Origin: Gemmatimonadales bacterium
Lineage (GTDB): Bacteria; Gemmatimonadota; Gemmatimonadetes; Palauibacterales; Palauibacteraceae
Reading direction: 5' to 3'
NCBI GenBank assembly: GCA_050114915.1
Contig: JASFRN010000001.1
Location: 5,020-69,019 of the forward strand
Length of the DNA stretch: 64,000 bases
Positions 41,551 through 49,958 of the stretch are shown one piece after another. The position numbers and the translations under genes were made by a program. The stretch's first letter is position 1. Every line of letters begins with the position of its first letter. The notes beneath the pieces were generated by a model. The model was not told the DNA's origin. It saw only the letters and a program-made list of their open reading frames with translations, and did not search any database.

Positions 41551-41844
41551 ATGCGTGACCGAACTTTCTGGCACTCCGATCCCGAGGCCCTGCTCGCCGA
41601 CGCCGCCCGTGCCCTGGAGGCGAAGCAGCAGCTCGCCCGCCATCTCGGGCGGGACTGGACCTACGTCGACGCGAACCTCGGCGAAGTGCTCCTTTCCGCG
41701 GTGCGCGACGTCCCGGACGCCGAGCGGCGCCGACGCAGGGAGGACCGGAGAGTGATCGACTGGGTCGGACGGCTGGTGGCGGAGATTCCGGACGACGATC
41801 CCTATCGGGACCAGGTCCTGCGGAGGCTACGTCAGGTGATCTGA
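41551..41844 (+). CDS. hypothetical protein
   Basis: Coherent charged, helical protein. ATG at 41551 with GGAG 3-7 nt upstream. Confidence 0.4.
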   Translation: MRDRTFWHSDPEALLADAARALEAKQQLARHLGRDWTYVDANLGEVLLSAVRDVPDAERRRRREDRRVIDWVGRLVAEIPDDDPYRDQVLRRLRQVI

Positions 41845-41902
41845 GACGGCGGGGCGGGAGAGGGGAAGAATGAGGGGGAGGTGAAAGGGGGGCGCTACCC
41901 CG

Positions 41903-42370
41903 TCAGGATCCCCGACCGCTGGACCTTCGGGAGGTCTCGGCCGGGGCATCGTCCTCGGGCTCGGCGCCGGTGGACGACCGAGGCGCGTCGCTGGCCAGGG
42001 CGACGCCCGCCGGCACGAGCAGGCGTCCGAATACGAAGCCGAGCGGCTTCGCCTCCGATCGCCGCACCAGCGGCACCCTGTAGACTTCGTACCAGCCGCC
42101 CGGCGCCGGCTCCACGCGCACGCTGTCGCCGGGCGCGAGCGTCCCCACGATCTGGCTGGACGTATTGGCCTGCGCCCGGATGTTCGAGGTGACCTTGGCC
42201 ACCCGAAGCTCGCCCCATTCGACGTTGGCCGGTGCGGTCACCTCGCCGAGCAGCGGCAGGGCGGATGGCGCGAAGATCCCGGCCATGACCGTCCCGAAGG
42301 CGCTCACGACGAAGAACAGCAGCACGAGCGGGACGCTACTTCCCCCGCGTCGCGCCGGGGACGGCGCACG
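41903..42370 (-). CDS. membrane-anchored bacterial SH3 (SH3b) domain protein, possibly a frameshifted remnant of a zinc-ribbon-TM-SH3 gene
   Basis: TM helix LLFFVVSAFGTVMAGIFAP, then the SH3b-like region VTSNIRAQANTSSQIVGTLAPGDSVRVEPAPGGWYEV. An upstream GTG near 42370 is the tentative start. Confidence 0.4.
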   Translation of the reverse strand, partial: RAPSPARRGGSSVPLVLLFFVVSAFGTVMAGIFAPSALPLLGEVTAPANVEWGELRVAKVTSNIRAQANTSSQIVGTLAPGDSVRVEPAPGGWYEVYRVPLVRRSEAKPLGFVFGRLLVPAGVALASDAPRSSTGAEPEDDAPAETSRRSSGRGS

Positions 42371-42686
42371 TCGGCCCGACTCGTTTCCCGAAACGGCATA
42401 GGAGCCGGCGGCGTCACAGTCCTTGCAATACCGATGGCCCTTCGGCGTTTCGTTCCCGCACAGCGGGCAAGATTGCGTTCCCAGCTGGATACCCTCCGCG
42501 AATTGTCGCTTCCGTGACGGCCTCGAACAGTGCGAAACCCGTGCCGCGACGGAACGACGTCGCTTGCGACGACATAAGTACTGATGTGATAGGCTGTTAG
42601 GATATGTTTCAGCGAGCCCTGGCCCCCCGGGTCCGATCCGGGGCCGGCGCTAGATTTTGCAACCCCTCGGTTATCGAACGATGGCG

Positions 42687-45422
42687 CTAGCGGGGCACGT
42701 CTCCGGTGGGGAGCGAAGCGGTCGGCACGATCCGGCCGAGAGCCGCCGCGTAGCGGGGATCAGCGGCCAGGCGGCCGAGGTCGGGGAGAGAGGTCGCGTG
42801 CAGCCATGCGCGGCCGCTGATGCCGCGCCGCAGGCCCTCGCTGAGCAGCGAGAGGGCCCGCTCCGGGTCGCCGCCGGCTGCCTCCATGCGGGCCAGCGTG
42901 ACGAACTGATGGCCCTGCATCGGCTCCCGGTCGATCGTCTCCCGCTGCACCTCCGCTCCCTCGAGATGGGCACGGGCCACGAGGAAGCCGGCGCGGTAAT
43001 CCGTGCGCTCGGGGTGGTCGTTCCAGAGCTCGCTGTACAGGCGGGCGGACTCCGGATAGTCCTCGAGGTCGTAGTGCGCCGCCGCCAGCCAGTACCGGTG
43101 GGTGCGATCACCCGGATCCTCCACCAGCCTGGATCGCAGCCAGTCGATCGCCGCGCGAAGATCGGCGGCGGCCGTTGCCGTGTCGCCGCGGTGCGCTCGG
43201 GCCTCCTCGCCTGCGACCACGCGCGCCGCTCCATACGACCAGTACGTGTCGGGCGGGAGCAGTCGGAGAGAGGCGAACAGGGAGTCGAGTTCGGCCCGCC
43301 GGCCGGCGGACGCCAGGGCGCGGGCGGCGAGCACGGTGCCGATCCGCCGCTCGGGGAACCGGGCCCACATCTCCCGGGCCGCCTCGAATTCCTCGTCGTA
43401 GCGGCCGAGCTCGTGGTAGGCGTGCGCCAGCTGCGTCCAGTACTGGGCCCAGCCTCGCAGCCCGGGAGAGTTCGGATCGAGACCGAGGAGGAGCCGCAGC
43501 GACTCCGCGGGACGGTTCAACTCGTTGGCGAGGCTGGCGGCGTTGTAGGATCCGAGAGGTGTGGGTCCGAGCTCCGCCCGCTGGAGCTCGAGGCGGTATG
43601 CGCGCTCCCCGTCCCCCTCGCGCTGTGCGGTGAGCGAGCGTCGCCGCAGGTCGTGGTACGCCGACAGGCGGTCGCGGCGGCGTTCGAGCCAGGCCAGGCT
43701 GGAGTCGACCGCCGGCCAGCGGCCCTGGTTCCACTGGGCGAGCGCGACGGAAAGCCGGGCGACCAGAAAGGTCGTGTCGAGGACGAACGCCCTCTCGAAC
43801 TCCCGTTCCGCCTCGGCGTACTCCTGGGACTCGAACAGCTCGTGACCCCGCTCGAACGCCCGGTAGGCCTCGAGCAGCGGGGGTTTGCCGCTGAATCCGG
43901 GCAGGGTGGCGAAATAGGGGTCCTGCGCGATCGCGAGGCTGCCGAGGATGCGGTCGCGGAGCTCGCGGACCGCCGTCTCGACGGAGTCGGCGGAGACGTC
44001 GATGGGCGCCGGGGCGCTGATCACGCGTTGCGTTCCGGCGTCCGTCACCACCGCGGCGAAACTCAGGCGATCGCCGATACGGTAGATCGCCCCGGTGATG
44101 AGCGTTCCCGCGGCGAGGTCTTCCGCCAGGGTGCTCGCCAGGCTGTCGTCGGAGCCCCCCGTGCGCGCGAACGCCTCGGCGGCCGCGAGCGTGGCCGACC
44201 AGGGGACGACCGGGCCCACGTCGGCCTGCTGAAGGCCCTGGACGATCCAGTCGGCCGCGAACCGGCCCAGCATGTCGAGCGACGGGTCGTCGGTCTCGTT
44301 TCGGAACGGGGCGACGGCGAACGGTGTCGGGAGCGAGGCTTCGAGCTCGGTGGGCGTCGCGGCCCGACGGGCTCGCCACGCGCCGCCGAGCGCGAGGAGC
44401 GTCAGTGCCAGGGCGGCCGCCGCCCACGGCCAGGCACGTCCGGCCAGCTGGCGCCATGCCGGGGCCACCTCGGAGATCGGGGCGACCGCCCTCCGCAGCA
44501 CGCCGGCGTTCGCCGGACGCTCGCTCGGATCGGTGCGGAGACAGGCCGCGACCACCTCGTCCCATGGCGGGGGGGTGTTCCCGGTCCACAGCTCGCGCGC
44601 GATGAGGCCCCACGCGTAAAAGTCCGTACGGGCGTCGACCGGTCGGCCGGCTCGTTGCTCCGGCGACATGTAGCGAGGTGTCCCGAGCGCGAGACCGGGA
44701 CGGGTGAGACCGTCGTCGGGCAACTCGGCGAACGGCCGCGCGATCCCGAAGTCCATGATGTACGCGTGGTCCCCGGCGCACAGGACGTTTTCCGGCTTCA
44801 GGTCGCGGTGCACCACGCCGAGCTCGTGTGCGTGCGACAGGCCGGCGGCCAGGTCATGGAGCAGGGTGCGGACCGTCTCCGGCGGGAGCGGACCGCCGCG
44901 CTCGAGCCGAGCCCGCAGAGTTTCGCCCGGCACGAATGGCATCACGAAGAAGGGAAGTCCGTCGGCCGTCCCGGAATCGATGAGGCCGATGATGTTGGGA
45001 TGCGACATCCGCGAGGCGATGCGGACCTCGCGCTCGAACCGATCCTCGCCGAGAAGAGGTACGAGCTCCGGGCGGAGGATCTTGAGCACCACGGCGCGAT
45101 CGTGCTTGCGCTCTCGGGCTCGGAACACGATCGCCATTCCCCCGCGTCCCAGCTCCTCGGCGAGCTCGTAGCGGTCGCCGACCGCCGCCTCGATGCGCTC
45201 CCGCAATCGCTCCGCGTCCACCGTGTCACCCGAAACGTGGAGCGGCCGGTCGAGAGGGCCCGCCTCGGCGTCGTGGGCGGACAGCAGGCCGCGCAGCCGG
45301 TCGCAGAGTGCCTCGTCGCCCCCGCATTGCTCCGCGATCCACGCGTCCCGCTCGGCGGCCGGAACGTCGAGCGCCCGGTCGAACAGCTCCAGGAGACGTC
45401 GTTGATCCTCGGTGCGGCTCAC
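42687..45422 (-). CDS. Ser/Thr protein kinase with C-terminal TPR repeats and a central TM segment
   Basis: Hanks kinase motifs GRGGMAIVF, HRDLKPENVL, DFGIA, GTPRYMSPEQ. The GTG start at 45422 overlaps the sigma-factor stop as GTGA. The C-terminal half carries TPR repeats. Confidence 0.8.
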   Translation of the reverse strand: MSRTEDQRRLLELFDRALDVPAAERDAWIAEQCGGDEALCDRLRGLLSAHDAEAGPLDRPLHVSGDTVDAERLRERIEAAVGDRYELAEELGRGGMAIVFRARERKHDRAVVLKILRPELVPLLGEDRFEREVRIASRMSHPNIIGLIDSGTADGLPFFVMPFVPGETLRARLERGGPLPPETVRTLLHDLAAGLSHAHELGVVHRDLKPENVLCAGDHAYIMDFGIARPFAELPDDGLTRPGLALGTPRYMSPEQRAGRPVDARTDFYAWGLIARELWTGNTPPPWDEVVAACLRTDPSERPANAGVLRRAVAPISEVAPAWRQLAGRAWPWAAAALALTLLALGGAWRARRAATPTELEASLPTPFAVAPFRNETDDPSLDMLGRFAADWIVQGLQQADVGPVVPWSATLAAAEAFARTGGSDDSLASTLAEDLAAGTLITGAIYRIGDRLSFAAVVTDAGTQRVISAPAPIDVSADSVETAVRELRDRILGSLAIAQDPYFATLPGFSGKPPLLEAYRAFERGHELFESQEYAEAEREFERAFVLDTTFLVARLSVALAQWNQGRWPAVDSSLAWLERRRDRLSAYHDLRRRSLTAQREGDGERAYRLELQRAELGPTPLGSYNAASLANELNRPAESLRLLLGLDPNSPGLRGWAQYWTQLAHAYHELGRYDEEFEAAREMWARFPERRIGTVLAARALASAGRRAELDSLFASLRLLPPDTYWSYGAARVVAGEEARAHRGDTATAAADLRAAIDWLRSRLVEDPGDRTHRYWLAAAHYDLEDYPESARLYSELWNDHPERTDYRAGFLVARAHLEGAEVQRETIDREPMQGHQFVTLARMEAAGGDPERALSLLSEGLRRGISGRAWLHATSLPDLGRLAADPRYAAALGRIVPTASLPTGDVPR

Positions 45423-45967
45423 GACGACTCCGTGTCGTCGTCGCGCTCGGACAGCTCGGTGTGCAGCCAGGCGCGCGCCTTCGCCCAATCGCGATGGATG
45501 GTGCGTGGCGTCAGCTCGAGGGCCTCGGCGGCCTCCTCGACGCTGAAGCCGCCGAAGAAGCGGAGCTCGACCACCCTACGCAGTCTCGGGTCGACGCGCT
45601 CGAGCCGGTCGAGGGCGGCGTCGAGCGCGAGGAGCTCGTCGAGGTCGACGTCGAACCCGGGATCTCCCAGGGTCGTCCGCCGCCGGTCGCCGCCGCGCTT
45701 TTCGGCCGCGGCGCGACGGGCGTGGTCGATCAGCACCTGTCGCATCGCGTGCGCGGCGATGCCGAGCAGATCGGCACGGCGTTGCTTCGGGAGGTCGGCG
45801 CCGGCGACGAGCTTCAGGTAGGCTTCGTTGACGATGGCCGTCGGCTGCAGGGTATGACCCGGGCGCTCCCGGGCGAACTGCCGGGCCGCGATCCGGTGCA
45901 TCTCTTCGTAAAGAGTGCGGAACGCCGCGTCGAAATCGCGCCGCCGCTCGTTCGTCTCGTCGCTCAA
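45419..45967 (-). CDS. ECF-type RNA polymerase sigma factor (sigma-70 region 2/4, TIGR02999-like)
   Basis: ERPGHTLQPTAIVNEAYLKL (region 2) and VVELRFFGGFSVEEAAEALELTPRTIHRDW (region 4). The TTG at 45967 with GGAGAGAG upstream is the tentative start. The track start at 46024 is also a TTG. Confidence 0.7.
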   Translation of the reverse strand: MSDETNERRRDFDAAFRTLYEEMHRIAARQFARERPGHTLQPTAIVNEAYLKLVAGADLPKQRRADLLGIAAHAMRQVLIDHARRAAAEKRGGDRRRTTLGDPGFDVDLDELLALDAALDRLERVDPRLRRVVELRFFGGFSVEEAAEALELTPRTIHRDWAKARAWLHTELSERDDDTESS

Positions 45968-46101
45968 CCGCTCTCTCCGTCTCCGGGGACGCCCCAAGAT
46001 ACTGGCGGGCCGGGATCGTCCCAAGAGCGAGAAAGCCCGCCGACCTCTCGGCCGGCGGGCTTTCGTCGAGCGGTGCGCCGGGAAGCGGCGCGCGGTTCAG
46101 A

Positions 46102-46719
46102 TCAGGGGCCGAAGGGGAATCCCAGCCCCGCGAAGAACTGCCACGAACGATTCTTGACGCTCGTGTCCGGGTCGCCGCTGTCCTCGATGTTGGTGGCGCC
46201 CAGATCGTAGCGTCCGTCGAACGTGATCACGACCGGACCGGCCGGAACGTCGACGCCCGCGCCGAACACGAGGCCGAAGTCGGCGCTCTTGGTCTGCGTG
46301 TCACCTTCGTCGCAGGTGATCGATACGCCCCCCTGCGCGAGATCGCAGCTCATCTCGAACGCGAGCGACGGGCCCGCGAACAGCCGCGGCGACACGACCG
46401 CCGCCGGAATGTGGTACTGCAACAGGATTGGTACCTCGAGGTAGCTGAGCTTCACCTCGAAGTTTCCGTCGACGTCGGAGCCCTTCGCCACGTAGAGGGC
46501 CTCGGGTTGAATCGAGAAGCTCTGGCCGACGTTGACCTGGAGGAACGCACCACCGGCGAAGCCGGTCCGGGCATCGAACGTTCCCTCGACGTTGCTCGTA
46601 TTCAAATCGGCCGAGACGAACCCGCCCTTGACGCCGATCATGTTCTGCTGGGCCAGCGCCGGCTGCGCGGCGGCGGCGAGGGCGCACACGGCGGCGCCGC
46701 TGACGATCAGTTTCCGCAT
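46102..46719 (-). CDS. outer-membrane beta-barrel protein (OmpW/OmpA-beta-barrel-like)
   Basis: AGGAG lies 6 nt before the ATG at 46719. Signal peptide MRKLIVSGAAVCALAAAAQPALAQ. Alternating beta-strands with a terminal F. Confidence 0.65.
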   Translation of the reverse strand: MRKLIVSGAAVCALAAAAQPALAQQNMIGVKGGFVSADLNTSNVEGTFDARTGFAGGAFLQVNVGQSFSIQPEALYVAKGSDVDGNFEVKLSYLEVPILLQYHIPAAVVSPRLFAGPSLAFEMSCDLAQGGVSITCDEGDTQTKSADFGLVFGAGVDVPAGPVVITFDGRYDLGATNIEDSGDPDTSVKNRSWQFFAGLGFPFGP

Positions 46720-46867
46720 TTCCATCTCCTTTGCCTGTCGATCGGCACGGTTCCACCGGGCGATCCCCGGCGCACGGCCGCACCGCAAAGCTTACGTGGC
46801 CTGCAGAAATCGGGCCGGGGGCGTGGTGGATCCACCGTCGGCGGCATGCGGTCGCGCGGTCTCGCAT

Positions 46868-46948
46868 GTCGAATATAGAATATACATTAGATGATTAGTG
46901 TAAAAGTACTATTCATATATATATAGAATGCAGTGAACCGATGAAAGC
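46868..46948. other. ~80-bp AT-rich island (about 25% GC) with a direct ATATAGAAT repeat in a 70%-GC genome
   Basis: TCGAATATAGAATATACATTAGATGATTAGTGTAAAAGTACTATTCATATATATATAGAATG. It lies in the divergent region between the OMP gene and the ATP-grasp gene. Confidence 0.4.
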
Positions 46949-47217
46949 ATTCGACGGACGCCGCGATCCGGGCGGCTGTCATCCGCCTGCCGAACGGGCG
47001 GAGAAGGACCGAGCGGCCGGTCGCACGCGAGACTTTTCGACCGGGTCGCACGAAGTTGCCGGCTCCGGACCGGACGGCTCGGTCGGGATGGGGGACCCGT
47101 CCGTGGCGGGGATTCCGGGGGCGGGCATGGTCGTGCGGGCAGCACCCGGCATAGATTCGCTGTGTCCGTCCGGATCCGGCATTCATCGAGCACCGGGTGA
47201 AATCCCCATGAGAGCCC

Positions 47218-48696
47218 TTGTCGGAATCGAGTGACGGTCCCGCCCGGTCGCTGATCGTCGTCGACGCGGTCAAGGGATGGCCGGTCGAGGTCCCCGGAGC
47301 CGAAGTCGTGACGTCGAGCGACTACCTCACCAATCCCCGCTATGCGGGCGGTGCGGGCACGAAGGTGTTCAACCTCTGTCGCTCGTATCGCTATCAGACG
47401 GCGGGGTACTACGTGTCACTGCTGGCCGCGGCGCGCGGCCACCGGCCGCTTCCGTCCGTGGCGACCCTTCAGGATCTTAGGCTCGCCCCGATCATCCGGC
47501 TGGCCGGCCAGGAGCTCGACGAGCTGATCCAGCGCTCGCTCCGACCGATTCGCTCGAAACGGTTCGAGCTCAGCATCTACTTCGGCCGCAACCTCGCTTC
47601 GCGCTACGACCGGCTCAGCCTCGCCCTGTTCAACCTGTTTCCGGCGCCCCTGCTGCGGGTCACGTTCCGGAAGGCCGATGCGGAGTGGACGATCGATACC
47701 GTGCGTCTGATCGGCGCCGGGGAAATACCGGCGTCTCATCGAGACTTCGTCGTTGAGCAGGCGCGTCGGCACTTCGCGCGCTCGCCGCGCCGCCGCCGCG
47801 AGGCGGAGCGGATGCGCTTCGACCTGGCGATCCTCCACGACCCCGCGGAGGCGCTGCCGCCGTCGGATCCGGCCGCCCTCGGCCGCTTCATCGACGCGGG
47901 CCGTTCGATCGGACTGCGCTGCGAGCTGGTCGAGAAGGACGCCTACGGCCGCGTCGCGGAGTACGATGCCCTGTTCATCCGCGAGACGACGGCCGTGAAC
48001 CACCATACCTACCGGTTCGCCCGCCGGGCGGCGGCCGAGCGCCTTGTGGTGGTCGACGATCCCGAATCGATCCTGCGCTGCTCGAACAAGGTCTTCCTGC
48101 ACGAGACGCTGGTGCGCCACCGGCTCCCCACACCGAAGACGGTGGTGTTCTCGGAGGACACGGCGGGCGAGGTGGAGCGCAAGATCGGGTTTCCGTGCGT
48201 GCTGAAGCAGCCGGACAGCTCGTTCTCACGCGGGGTGACGCGCGTGGATTCCGCCGGGGAGTTCAGCCGCCGGGCCGACGAGTTGTTCGCGGACACCGAG
48301 CTCCTCGTCGCCCAGGAGTTCGTGCCCACGGAATACGATTGGCGGATCGGCGTGCTCGGTGGGGAGCCGCTGTTCGCGTGCCGCTACTACATGGCACGGG
48401 GACACTGGCAGATCGTCCAGCGTACGGGACGCCGGGTTCGAACCGGCCCGGTCGAGACGCTCGCAACGCACGACGTGCCCGCCGGCATCGTCCCCCTGGC
48501 CGTTCGCGCCGCCCGGCTGATCGGTGACGGGCTGTACGGCGTGGACCTCAAGTTGATCGACGGCCGGCCAACCGTCATCGAGATCAACGACAATCCGAAC
48601 ATCGATGCGGGCGTCGAGGACCAGGTGCTCGGCGACGAGCTCTATCTGCGCGTGATGCGCCACTTCCTGTCGCGTCTCGAGGACCGCCGCCGATGA
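47218..48696 (+). CDS. RimK-like ATP-grasp amidoligase with an N-terminal RLAN-like domain
   Basis: The C-terminal 300 aa are a RimK-type ATP-grasp (VVDDPESILRCSNKVFLHETL...CVLKQPDSSFSRGVTRV...GVDLKLIDGRPTVIEINDNP). The N-terminal ~190 aa are a distinct domain. TTG start. Confidence 0.65.
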   Translation: MSESSDGPARSLIVVDAVKGWPVEVPGAEVVTSSDYLTNPRYAGGAGTKVFNLCRSYRYQTAGYYVSLLAAARGHRPLPSVATLQDLRLAPIIRLAGQELDELIQRSLRPIRSKRFELSIYFGRNLASRYDRLSLALFNLFPAPLLRVTFRKADAEWTIDTVRLIGAGEIPASHRDFVVEQARRHFARSPRRRREAERMRFDLAILHDPAEALPPSDPAALGRFIDAGRSIGLRCELVEKDAYGRVAEYDALFIRETTAVNHHTYRFARRAAAERLVVVDDPESILRCSNKVFLHETLVRHRLPTPKTVVFSEDTAGEVERKIGFPCVLKQPDSSFSRGVTRVDSAGEFSRRADELFADTELLVAQEFVPTEYDWRIGVLGGEPLFACRYYMARGHWQIVQRTGRRVRTGPVETLATHDVPAGIVPLAVRAARLIGDGLYGVDLKLIDGRPTVIEINDNPNIDAGVEDQVLGDELYLRVMRHFLSRLEDRRR

Positions 48697-49940
48697 ATCC
48701 CCCGGAGCGAGGCGAATATCCGTTCGGTCTGCTGGAGCGCGTGGGGATCGAGCTCGAGTACATGATCGTCGACATCGAGACGCTCGACGTGCGCCCCCTG
48801 GCCGATCTACTGCTGCGCGACGCGTCGGGCGGCGAGGAATGGGTGTCCGACGTCGAGCCGGAGGACGGCGGCGGCATCGGCTGGTCGAACGAGCTCGTGA
48901 ATCATGTGATCGAGCTCAAGACGATCGAGCCGGTCGCCGACCTCGCCGGCGTGGCCGGACGTTTCCAGCGGCAGGTCGCTGCGATCGAGGCACTTCTCGC
49001 CGGTCGGGGAGGGCGGCTGCTGCCGACGGCCATGCATCCGTGGATGGACCCGTGGACCGAGACGCGGCTGTGGCCGCACGAGCACAGCCCGGTGTACGAG
49101 AAACTCGACGAGATCTTCTCGTGCCGCGGCCACGGCTGGTCGAACCTGCAGAGCGCGCACCTGAATCTCCCGTTCGGCGACGACGCGGAGTTCGGCCGGC
49201 TGCACGCCGCGATCCGCGCCGTCCTGCCGCTGCTGCCGGCTCTCGCGGCCAGCTCGCCCGTGCGCGACGGGGTGCCGACCGGGCTCGCGGACGGCCGTCT
49301 GGCGGCCTACCGGGACAACTGCCGCCGCATTCCGTCGATCACCGGGCGGGTGATTCCCGAGCCGGTATACGACCGCGCTTCCTACGAGGCCGAGATCCTC
49401 GCCCGAATCGGCCGGGACGTGGCCCCGTTCGATGCGGCGGGCGTCCTGCAGCCGGACTGGACGAACGCGCGCGGAGCGATCGCCCGGTTCGATCGCGGAT
49501 CGATCGAGATCCGGTTGCTCGACGTCCAGGAGTGCCCGGCCGCCGACCTGGCGATCGCGGAACTCGTGTGCCGTACGGTGGGGGCGCTGCTGGACGAGCG
49601 CTGGACGCCGCTCTCCGAGCTGCGGGCCCTGTCGACGGGGGAACTGGTCGACGTGCTCGAGCGCACGATCGCCCGCGGCGAGGAGGCGGAAGTAGCGCCG
49701 GGTGCACTGCTGCGGGCGCTGGGGTTGACCGGCGCCCGGGAATCCGCCGGCGAGGTCTGGGCCGCCGTGCGGAGAGAGCTGATGCCCGAGCCGGGCGAGT
49801 TCACCTCCGCCCTGGCGACGATCGAGAACTCCGGTACCCTGGCGACCCGCATCACCCGGCGCCTGGCGACAGGCGCCGGGCTGCGGGACGTCTATGCCGA
49901 GCTCGCGGACTGCCTGTCGATGGGACGTCCGCTGTCCTGA
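48693..49940 (+). CDS. glutamate--cysteine ligase family 2 (GCS2/YbdK-like carboxylate-amine ligase)
   Basis: The ATG overlaps the upstream stop (ATGA). GIELEYMIVD...HLNLPFGDD are GCS2 motifs. Confidence 0.7.
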   Translation: MNPPERGEYPFGLLERVGIELEYMIVDIETLDVRPLADLLLRDASGGEEWVSDVEPEDGGGIGWSNELVNHVIELKTIEPVADLAGVAGRFQRQVAAIEALLAGRGGRLLPTAMHPWMDPWTETRLWPHEHSPVYEKLDEIFSCRGHGWSNLQSAHLNLPFGDDAEFGRLHAAIRAVLPLLPALAASSPVRDGVPTGLADGRLAAYRDNCRRIPSITGRVIPEPVYDRASYEAEILARIGRDVAPFDAAGVLQPDWTNARGAIARFDRGSIEIRLLDVQECPAADLAIAELVCRTVGALLDERWTPLSELRALSTGELVDVLERTIARGEEAEVAPGALLRALGLTGARESAGEVWAAVRRELMPEPGEFTSALATIENSGTLATRITRRLATGAGLRDVYAELADCLSMGRPLS

Positions 49941-49958
49941 GCCGGCGGGACGAGCCGG

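Noticed and set aside
42621-42660. GC hairpin GGCCCCCCGG-GUCCGAU-CCGGGGCC followed by a weak AUUUUGC on the plus strand
   Set aside because: The genes on both sides are on the minus strand. On the minus strand the hairpin is not followed by a U-tract. It is probably not a functional intrinsic terminator, though it may still be a stability element.
46941-47234. 97-aa ORF MKAFDGRRDPGGCHPP... upstream of the ATP-grasp gene
   Set aside because: Gly/Pro/Arg-rich low-complexity translation with no RBS. It lies in the promoter or UTR region and is most likely non-coding.
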